A stretch of DNA of 64,000 bases. Source: Rhodopseudomonas sp. GTDB taxonomy: Bacteria > Pseudomonadota > Alphaproteobacteria > Rhizobiales > Xanthobacteraceae. The translations under genes were made by a program, and so were the position numbers. The stretch is from positions 3,219 to 67,218 of the forward strand of contig NZ_DASWPE010000039.1 of assembly GCF_036404135.1 (NCBI RefSeq). Direction: 5' to 3'. Below the pieces are notes generated by a model, which saw only the letters and a program-made list of their open reading frames with translations, was not told the origin of the DNA and did no database searches. This document shows, one piece after another, positions 41,239 to 50,542 of this stretch (the first letter of the stretch is position 1; every line of letters starts with the position of its first letter).

Positions 41239-41392
41239 CCCTCGCCCCGCTTGCGGGGAGAGGGTGGCGAGACAAGCGAAGCTTGTCGGGCCGGGTGAGG
41301 GGGCGCCGCGTTCTGTCGAGGCGCCCCCTCACCCGACCCGGCTTCGCTGCGCTTCGCCGGGTCGACCTCTCCCCGCAAGCGGGGAGAGGTGA
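41239..41392. repeat. Palindromic mini-element (CCTCTCCCCGCAAGCGGGGAGAGG family)
   Basis: Self-complementary terminal hairpins plus internal GGGTGAGGGG / CCCCTCACCC stem; related copy inside uvrD. Confidence 0.85.
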
Positions 41393-41404
41393 AGGGCACG
41401 ATGA

Positions 41405-43555
<2,151 letters not shown>

Positions 43556-43607
43556 CGGCGTTGCCGTTGGGCTGGCGGTGATGCAAAGGGCGTAGCTACA
43601 CTTGCGC

Positions 43608-43726
43608 CGTCATCCTGAGGCGACCGAGCGCAGCGAGGGCCTCGAAGGATGGGCCGCAGGCACGCGCAGCCGCATCCTTCGAGACGCCGGGCTTCGCTGC
43701 GCTACGCCGGGCTCCTCAGGATGACG
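43608..43726. repeat. 119-bp palindromic element, copy 1
   Basis: Terminal inverted repeats CGTCATCCTGAGG / CCTCAGGATGACG; internal TCGAAGGATG / CATCCTTCGA stem. Confidence 0.9.
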
Positions 43727-43745
43727 TCGTTGTCCTGGAGGCGCC

Positions 43746-43789
43746 CGGTACTAACCGAATACGAATGGCTGACGTTGATCGAAGGGTGA
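43746..43789 (+). pseudogene. Diverged duplicate of the last 13 ligA codons
   Basis: Encodes VLTEYEWLTLIEG* versus lig[14 protein letters not shown]. Confidence 0.8.
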
Positions 43790-43878
43790 TGTGACGCTGC
43801 CGTGCGCGATCGCCGTGCTTGCTACTGGCTGTTCGCGCATAGCCACCGCTGTCGTCTCGAGCATAGCCACCCGATCGC

Positions 43879-43997
43879 CGTCATCCTGAGGTGCCCGAGC
43901 ACAGCGATGGCCTCGAAGGATGGGCCGCAGGCACGCGCAGCCGCATCCTTCGAGACGCCCGGCTTCGCTGCGCTACGCCGGCCTCCTCAGGATGACG
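43879..43997. repeat. 119-bp palindromic element, copy 2
   Basis: Near-identical direct copy of 43608-43726. Confidence 0.9.
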
Positions 43998-44092
43998 GCG
44001 TTGTACTAGTGGCTTCGTTTTGCACCACGTCCTTGCACTACGTTTTGCGCTACGTTCATGTGGTGTCCTTGCAGGGCACGGCACGCGACGCG

Positions 44093-45376
44093 TCACAACA
44101 ACCCGGTTTCTTCTTCCTCGGCCTGTTCGATCAGGTCCTCGGTGGCGATCACGCCGCCGCGCGGCACCAGGAAGATCATCGACGCCGCGCAGGCCAGGGA
44201 CAGCACCACGATGGCGATGTTGAGCGGCACCGGGGTTGCAAAATGCCCGCCGAGCCAGGCGCCGAATTGCGAGCACAGCGCGCCGAACCCCATCTGCAAA
44301 AACCCCATCAACCCCGACGCGGTGCCGGCGGCCTGCGGCTTGATGCTGATGGCGCCGGCGGCGGAATTCGACATCACGAAGGCGTTGGCGAAGGTGATCA
44401 GCATGTGGGTGCCGAACAGCCAGTTCGGCTGCTGATTGTAGCCGAGCAGGCCCCAGGTCAGGTTCAGCGCGGCGCCGAGAAATTGCAGCGCCAGGCCAAG
44501 CCAGATCAGCCGCTCCAGCGAGTGCCGCGGCGAGAACCGCACGCAGCACAGATTGCCGATCAGATAGGCGAGGCCGGAGGTCGCGAACCAGGCGCCGTAT
44601 TCGGCCGAGCTTCGTCCCATCTGCGTCACCACCACATAGGGCCCGCCGCCGGCGAAGGTGAAGATGATCGAGGACGCCAGCACCTGGCACAGCACATAGC
44701 CGACGAAGGCGCGGCTGGTGGTCAGGCTGCGCGCATCGGACAGAAAACTCGCGCCCGGCGGGCGGTCGGCGGCACGCCGTGTCTCCGGCAGCGCCACCGC
44801 GATGACAATCGTGACCAAGACCGACACCAGCGCGATGACGTAGAAGATCGCGCGCCAGCCGAGGCTGGTTTCGATCACGCCGCCGAGCAGCGGGCTCAGC
44901 ATCTGCGCGATCATCATCACCGCGACCACCAGGCTGATCATGCTGCCGACGCGGTCGCGGGCGTAGAGGTCGCGGATGATGGCGCGGCTGATTACCATGC
45001 CGGAGGCGCCGCCGAGCGCCTGCAGGAACCGGGCGGCGATCAGTTGCGGCAGGGTCTCGGCGAAGATGCAGCCGACGCTCGCCAGCATCATCAGCGCCAG
45101 CCCGCCGAGCAGCACCGGGCGGCGGCCGAGCTTGTCGGATAAGGGCCCGAGTACGATCTGCGAAAACGCGATCCCGACCATGAACAGCGACACCGTCATC
45201 TGCGCGATCGAGATGTCGCGGCCGAACACGTTGGCCAGCATCGGCAGCGCCGGCACCAGAATGTACATCGAGATCGGCGCCGCCCCGGTCATCGCGACCA
45301 GCAGCAGCAGCATCGAGCGGGAGATCAGTTGATCGCGAGGTTCGGCGGTGGGCGTCTTGCCGGTCAGTCCATGCAT
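44093..45376 (-). CDS. Bcr/CflA-type multidrug MFS transporter
   Basis: MYILVPALP, GPLSDKLGRRPV, RFLQALG and LPET motifs. Confidence 0.9.
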   Translation of the reverse strand: MHGLTGKTPTAEPRDQLISRSMLLLLVAMTGAAPISMYILVPALPMLANVFGRDISIAQMTVSLFMVGIAFSQIVLGPLSDKLGRRPVLLGGLALMMLASVGCIFAETLPQLIAARFLQALGGASGMVISRAIIRDLYARDRVGSMISLVVAVMMIAQMLSPLLGGVIETSLGWRAIFYVIALVSVLVTIVIAVALPETRRAADRPPGASFLSDARSLTTSRAFVGYVLCQVLASSIIFTFAGGGPYVVVTQMGRSSAEYGAWFATSGLAYLIGNLCCVRFSPRHSLERLIWLGLALQFLGAALNLTWGLLGYNQQPNWLFGTHMLITFANAFVMSNSAAGAISIKPQAAGTASGLMGFLQMGFGALCSQFGAWLGGHFATPVPLNIAIVVLSLACAASMIFLVPRGGVIATEDLIEQAEEEETGLL

Positions 45377-45465
45377 GAGGTGGCGTTGCCAGTCCTGACC
45401 GATGTTGCGATGGCTCGACTGTACCGAGGCCGCTGCCGCGCGAGCAGCGGCTTTTCGGAATACCG

Positions 45466-47313
45466 CTACTCGATTTTCGGGACCGTGGCCGCCAGCGGCT
45501 GCGTCGCGGCGTCGAGCCACAGCTTGTCGGCGTCGTCGAGTTGTGGAGACACCTCGCGCCGCACTTTTGCGTGATAATCGTCAAGCCAGCCGATCTCGGC
45601 GTCGCTGAGCGAACCGACGTCGATCAGCCGTCGATCGATCGGCGCCAGCGTCAGCGTCTCGAAGCCGTTGATCGGCTTTTCGGCGCCGTCGATCGCGGCC
45701 GCAACCACCAGTTCGAGATTCTCGATGCGGATGCCGAAACAGCCGGCCTTGTAGTAGCCGGGCTCGTTGGACAGGATCATGCCGCGCTTCAAGGGCGTGG
45801 TGCCGAGCTTGGAGATCCGCGCCGGGCCTTCGTGCACCGACAGGTAGGAGCCTACGCCGTGGCCGGTGCCGTGCTCGAAATCGATGCCGGCCTGCCAGAG
45901 AAATTGCCGCGCCAGGGTGTCGAGCTGTGCGCCGGTGGTGCCGTCGGGGAAGATCGCGCGTGCGATCGCGATGTGGCCGCGCAGCACCCGCGTGAAGCGG
46001 TCGCGCATTTCCGCGGTCGGCGCGCCAATCGCGATGGTGCGGGTGACGTCGGTGGTGCCGTCCTGATATTGCGCGCCGGAATCGATCAGCAGCAGGTCGC
46101 CGAGCGCGATCCGCCGGTTGCTCTTGCGGGTGACGCGATAATGCACGATGGCGCCGTTCGGTCCGGTGCCGGAAATGGTGGGGAAGGAGACGTCCTTCAG
46201 CGCGCCGGTGTCGCGGCGGAAACTCTCCAGCGCTTCCACCGCGTCGATCTCGGTCAATTTGCCGCACGGCGCCTCGTTGTCGATGAAGGCGAGAAATCGC
46301 GCCAGCGCCACCGCGTCGCGGCGATGCGCGGCCTTTGTGCCTGCGATCTCGGTTGGGTTTTTCACTGCCTTCAGCAGCGTCACCGGATCGGCGCCGCGCA
46401 GCGGCTTGCCGCCGGCGGCATCGATCAACCTGGTCAGCGCGTCGGCGGCGGTGGCGGCGTCGAGCGCGATCGCGGCGCCGGTCTGCGCCAGCGCGGTCAA
46501 TGCCGGCGTCAACGCGTCGGGCTCCTTCACCTCGGCGCTGTGCTCGAGATGATCGCGGGCGCTGTTCGACAGCTTGCGATGATCGATGAACACGGTCGGC
46601 CGGCCGTCGCGCGGCAGCAGCGCGTAGGACAATGGCAGCGGCGTGTGCGAGACGTCGGCGCCGCGAATGTTGAAGGTCCAGGCCACGGCGTGGGAGTCCG
46701 ATAGCACCAGCGCGTCGGCGCCGAGTGGGCCGAGTTCCGCGCGAATCCGGCCGAGCTTGTCGGCCTCGCTCTCGCCGGCGAACTGCAGGCCGTGCACCGC
46801 GACAGGTCCGAGCGGCGGCGCCGGGCGTTCGCTCCACACCGCGTCGAGCGGGTTGCCGTCGACCGCGACCAGTTCGGCACCGGCCTTGGTGCAGGCTTGT
46901 GCCAGCCGTTCGGCTGCCGCGGAAGTGTGCAGCCAAGGATCAAATCCGAGGCGGTCGCCGGGTTTCAGATGCGCGCCAAGCCAGTGTTCCGGCGGTAGTT
47001 CTACCAGCGGTTGGACACTCCAGGCCCGGCCATCGACCTGATGCGCGGCCTGCAGCGTGTAGCGGCCGTCGACAAACACTGCGGCCTGATCGACCAGAAC
47101 GATCGCCAGACCGGCCGATCCGGTGAATCCGGTAAGCCAGGCCAGCCGCTCTTCCGAGGGCGCGACATATTCGTTTTGTTGCTGATCGGCGCGGGGAATC
47201 ACGAATCCGCTGAGCCTTCGCCGCAGCAATTCCTCGAGAAACGCGGCGAGCCGCGCGGTGAGGGCGACGCCGCTGTCCGGCTCCTCGAAGGTTTGAAACA
47301 GGGCTTCGAACAT
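45466..47313 (-). CDS. Xaa-Pro aminopeptidase (aminopeptidase P)
   Basis: GFTGSAG, DSGAQYQDGTTDVTRT, HGTGHGVG and EPGYY motifs. Confidence 0.95.
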   Translation of the reverse strand: MFEALFQTFEEPDSGVALTARLAAFLEELLRRRLSGFVIPRADQQQNEYVAPSEERLAWLTGFTGSAGLAIVLVDQAAVFVDGRYTLQAAHQVDGRAWSVQPLVELPPEHWLGAHLKPGDRLGFDPWLHTSAAAERLAQACTKAGAELVAVDGNPLDAVWSERPAPPLGPVAVHGLQFAGESEADKLGRIRAELGPLGADALVLSDSHAVAWTFNIRGADVSHTPLPLSYALLPRDGRPTVFIDHRKLSNSARDHLEHSAEVKEPDALTPALTALAQTGAAIALDAATAADALTRLIDAAGGKPLRGADPVTLLKAVKNPTEIAGTKAAHRRDAVALARFLAFIDNEAPCGKLTEIDAVEALESFRRDTGALKDVSFPTISGTGPNGAIVHYRVTRKSNRRIALGDLLLIDSGAQYQDGTTDVTRTIAIGAPTAEMRDRFTRVLRGHIAIARAIFPDGTTGAQLDTLARQFLWQAGIDFEHGTGHGVGSYLSVHEGPARISKLGTTPLKRGMILSNEPGYYKAGCFGIRIENLELVVAAAIDGAEKPINGFETLTLAPIDRRLIDVGSLSDAEIGWLDDYHAKVRREVSPQLDDADKLWLDAATQPLAATVPKIE

Positions 47314-47370
47314 CGCTCGCTGTCCTCCTGGTCCGACGCTGCCGCAATCGTGAAGCAAATCAACCTCGTA

Positions 47371-47387
47371 TTGGCACGCATCGTGCA
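47371..47387 (+). promoter_or_regulatory. sigma54 (-24/-12)-like promoter
   Basis: TTGGCACGCATCGTGCA, correct GG-N10-GC spacing. Confidence 0.5.
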
Positions 47388-47501
47388 TGAAATACAGTGC
47401 TTAACAACGCAACGGCGAGACCCTTTTTGCTGCAAGGCAAGGCTTCCGCTGCAACTGGGGAAATCCCGGGAGTGTTTCAACTCAACGATGAGGGGATACA
47501 C

Positions 47502-47675
47502 ATGCCTGCTTTCACGTTTGAGAAGATATCGCCGCCGGCGCGCGGCGGTCCAAGTCCCAAACCTGAAAAGAAGCAACGCGGCCTGATTATCCAGATCCTG
47601 GATCGCTTCGTTGACGCCCGACGCCCGCATCCCGACGCCGATGAGTCGACCGGCGAACAATCGCCACCCCGATAA
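47502..47675 (+). CDS. 57-aa hypothetical protein
   Basis: RBS GAGGGGA, ATG 47502; fills the gap between pepP and prmA. Confidence 0.6.
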   Translation: MPAFTFEKISPPARGGPSPKPEKKQRGLIIQILDRFVDARRPHPDADESTGEQSPPR

Positions 47676-47716
47676 CCCCAACCGGATCGATCGCAGCGCC
47701 CGCGCCGCGTGCGGTT

Positions 47717-48604
47717 TCAGCCGCGGCGCAGCAGCACGCTGCTCCAGCCCTCGACGATGATGGCCTTCACCAGCACCAGGCCGCGGGCGCGATAGGCCGC
47801 GATCACGCCGCGGGTCTGCGCCGGCAATAGCCCGGACAGAATGACGTCGGCTGACGGCGCCAGATGCGCCGCCATCGGCGTCGCCAATTGCCGCAGCGGA
47901 TTGGCCAGGATATTGGCCAGCACCAGATCGAACGGTGCGGCTTTTCGAAACTGCGCGTCGGCAAATCCCGCGGCGCAGATGCCGCCGAACAGAGTGCCCA
48001 CCCCGTTCAGCCGCGCATTGTCGCGCGCCACCCGCACCGAGACCGGATCGATATCGCTGGCGGTGACATGGCGCTGCAGCGCCTTGGCCGCAGCGATGGC
48101 CAGCACGCCGGTGCCGGTGCCGAGGTCGAGCACGTGGCGCGGGGTGCGGCGCTTCAAGACGTCGTCGAGCAGCAGCAGGCAGCCGCGGGTGGTGCCGTGA
48201 TGGCCGGTGCCGAACGCCAGCGCGGCCTCGATCTCGATGCCGAGCTTGTTGCGCGGCACCCGGTCGCGATCATGCGCGCCATGCACCACGAAGCGGCCTG
48301 CGGGGACGGGATCGAGCCCCTCCAGGCTGGCGCGGACCCAGTCCTTGGCTTCCACGGTGTCGAAGGCGAGCGCTGCGGCCACGGCGTCGCCGGCGGCCAG
48401 TGCCACCAGGCGGCGCACCGCGGCCTGGTTCGGCGGCTCGGCGAAGTTCAGCGCCAGGTCCCAGGCCCCGTCGATGCGCTCGAAGGCAGTGACGGCGGCG
48501 GCGCCGTCGTCGAAACATTCGGTCAACAGATCGACGACGCGGCGGGCGGTCGGCTCATCGCCGATCGCGGCGCTGGCGCGAAAGGTGGTCGGGGTCTCGG
48601 GCAC
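47717..48604 (-). CDS. prmA: Ribosomal protein L11 methyltransferase
   Basis: AFGTGHHGTT, LDLGTGTGVLAIAA, ANILA and ILSG motifs. Confidence 0.93.
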   Translation of the reverse strand: MPETPTTFRASAAIGDEPTARRVVDLLTECFDDGAAAVTAFERIDGAWDLALNFAEPPNQAAVRRLVALAAGDAVAAALAFDTVEAKDWVRASLEGLDPVPAGRFVVHGAHDRDRVPRNKLGIEIEAALAFGTGHHGTTRGCLLLLDDVLKRRTPRHVLDLGTGTGVLAIAAAKALQRHVTASDIDPVSVRVARDNARLNGVGTLFGGICAAGFADAQFRKAAPFDLVLANILANPLRQLATPMAAHLAPSADVILSGLLPAQTRGVIAAYRARGLVLVKAIIVEGWSSVLLRRG

Positions 48605-49473
48605 TAAACCGTGATCTGCCTTTTCGAGTTAGAAAGATGTGGGGTGCTTAAGAGTACGGATTGGAAATAATCCTCATCCAAGAATCTGAGAACCTTCTTT
48701 AATTCAGCTTTATTCTCAGGCAGAACAAGAACAGACTTCTCACCTACGATTGTTGTATTCAGATCAATGCCGAAAACAAGCGCGACTTTCTTTGTCTCTT
48801 CAAGATCGATTTTGTCGAGGATCGCGCTCTGCATCACCAAAGCGACCTTTCTTCTCACCCAACTATCGGAGGCTGCGACGAAGTTAGAAACATCAGCCAC
48901 GTGCACACTATTAGACAGGTCCCTTAGATCTTCGTCCGTCGCCTCCTTGTAATACTGAGTGAGGTCAAGGATTTGACGAGCCGCGTGAAAGCTAAAAAAA
49001 CGCAATTTGCTGTCTTCAAGTATCGCGGCGACGCGCGTATCCAGCGTTAAGCCGACACCTTCAATCTTGCGATAGACATTTGCTGCATGGAAGAGCGATA
49101 ATCCACGGTTTGACAAGACCTTTCGCTTGTCAAAAGTTTGCATCAGCACAATCTGTTGTGATCCTTCAGTCCTCCCCGAGAATAGCGCTTTGATACCCTC
49201 AAATTCTGCTGTCGTTGGTGCGATCTCAGGTACGCTTAGAGGATTTGCGACGGCGTGGTGCAAGTTGTCGATGTCATCATAGTCGCTTATTGACAGACAC
49301 TCTCCCTCTTCAGGCTTATACTTTCCATCAAAGGCGATCTCTTCTTGGGCGGCAGAACGAAAATCTGCTTCCTGATCTCTAAAGAGCGCGCTGACCTCAT
49401 TTTGGATTTCAGCTGATAGAGGGATGCGCAATACTCGCCGAGAACTGTCCCGTGTTAGTGCGAAGAGATTCAT
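48604..49473 (-). CDS. kwaB: KwaB-like (DUF4868) anti-phage protein
   Basis: AT-rich gene; C-terminal LRFLDEDYFQS..L...SNSK resembles the KwaB ending; follows a small multi-TM gene. Confidence 0.7.
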   Translation of the reverse strand: MNLFALTRDSSRRVLRIPLSAEIQNEVSALFRDQEADFRSAAQEEIAFDGKYKPEEGECLSISDYDDIDNLHHAVANPLSVPEIAPTTAEFEGIKALFSGRTEGSQQIVLMQTFDKRKVLSNRGLSLFHAANVYRKIEGVGLTLDTRVAAILEDSKLRFFSFHAARQILDLTQYYKEATDEDLRDLSNSVHVADVSNFVAASDSWVRRKVALVMQSAILDKIDLEETKKVALVFGIDLNTTIVGEKSVLVLPENKAELKKVLRFLDEDYFQSVLLSTPHLSNSKRQITV

Positions 49474-49984
49474 TTCCAAACCTGCAAAGCATCGATGATG
49501 AGATTTTTTTGACCAGTTTAACGTCTTTGGGGTCGTTGATCTGACGGTTCGTTATCAGTGTGTAGACCATGCCATTCGCTGATTCTGCCTTATAGAACTT
49601 AAAGCCAAATACGCGCATGAGCGGGCTCGGAATGGAAGCGTCCGTGAACCAGAATACAACCCATGCAGCCAAAACTAGAGCGATGACAATGCCTGCCGTG
49701 ATATCCGACGCTCGCCCAAAAAAAGGGAATATGTACGTGGCGACAATCCCGAAAAGTAAAACGTCGTTCGACTCAATCTTTTTTGCGTGAAACGGGAGGG
49801 CCTCTCCATGGCATTTCAATGCGGATAGAATGTAAGCGACCGACAAACTCCCAATAACTCCGGCTACGACGTAATAAATAGCATCCCAGAATACGCCGCC
49901 CGCGAGAAGGCGCATTACGCCAATGCTGATGAGAGCAGGCGAGAACGCGGAAAGAAACAGCAATGCCTTAAGCGCATTTCTCAT
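49409..49984 (-). CDS. kwaA: KwaA-like membrane protein (3' end possibly frameshifted)
   Basis: About four TM segments; LFLSAFSP, ATYIFPF, SPLMRVFGFKFYK (cf. NP.L...GY..Y) pattern. Confidence 0.65.
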   Translation of the reverse strand: MRNALKALLFLSAFSPALISIGVMRLLAGGVFWDAIYYVVAGVIGSLSVAYILSALKCHGEALPFHAKKIESNDVLLFGIVATYIFPFFGRASDITAGIVIALVLAAWVVFWFTDASIPSPLMRVFGFKFYKAESANGMVYTLITNRQINDPKDVKLVKKISSSMLCRFGNESLRTNTGQFSASIAHPSIS

Positions 49985-50013
49985 CGTGTTTGCCAAAGAC
50001 AAAATCTCGAAAA

Positions 50014-50054
50014 GAACATAACGTGAACATACATGATTACTTGTTACTGTGCAA
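50014..50054 (-). promoter_or_regulatory. sigma70 promoter with overlapping alphaproteobacterial LexA box
   Basis: Minus strand TTGCAC-N17-TATGTT; GTTC-N7-GTTC at 50014-50028. Confidence 0.75.
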
Positions 50055-50124
50055 GGGGTGAATCAGTGAGCATAAGGCCCGAGAGCCGCAGGGTTTGCCG
50101 GACGCGGCGCATAGCACCATACCT

Positions 50125-50245
50125 ATTGTCTTGAAAACCTTGTCCTCGAGACGGAGTCCGTTGCAGGCGTTGCCCCGCAGGCCTGTGGACTCGGCAGAAG
50201 TGGTAGAACGCGACGTGCAGCGCCGGCCCGTGGCAGCGGGTCCCA
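50125..50245 (-). mobile_element. Decayed C-terminal fragment of an IS1-family-like transposase
   Basis: ALHVAFYHFCRVH, then after indels ATPA; resembles the ALH...YNFCR.H..LR.TPAM transposase tail. Confidence 0.5.
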
Positions 50246-50374
50246 AACTTCGTGGTGACGTAATGGCTAAGTGTGCAGCGGCTCATCGACAAGGTTAGGC
50301 GCGGAGGGCAGAAAAAGTTGTGAGACGACCGGAGGTATGCGGCTCGACAGAATTTGACTGAAACCCACCACTGC

Positions 50375-50485
50375 TTCTTCACAGCTTTTCAGCGGCTTAT
50401 CCAGAGCTTTTCATCGCATTGTGCACCGGATTATACAGGACTTGTGCACAGCTTTGGCAGCGGTTTTGCAGGGCTTTCCAACATT
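50375..50485 (+). repeat. Phased array of about ten degenerate DnaA-box-like 9-mers (11-bp period)
   Basis: 9-mers start at 50375, 50386, 50397, 50408, 50419, 50431, 50442, 50453, 50464 and 50475; each 1-3 mismatches from TTWTNCACA. Confidence 0.65.
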
Positions 50486-50542
50486 TTCGCGCGGCGTTTA
50501 TGGCGACATTCTAGGCTTTATTTCAGTAGGTTGCGGTCCATA

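Noticed and set aside
43746-43789. ligA ghost as a diversity-generating retroelement template (five of seven differences are A in the copy)
   Set aside because: Too short, two differences are at non-A positions, there is no reverse transcriptase in the window, and G-to-A decay explains the bias
43608-43997. Repeat-spacer-repeat as a CRISPR array
   Set aside because: Only two repeats, 119 bp long with a 152-bp spacer, and no cas genes; the structure fits palindromic mini-elements
43802-45142. 446-aa plus-strand ORF starting in the repeat region
   Set aside because: Translated repeat plus the antisense of the MFS gene
50375-50540. Chromosomal oriC
   Set aside because: No perfect DnaA box, no clear AT-rich unwinding element and none of the usual origin-flanking genes; kept only as a non-origin array
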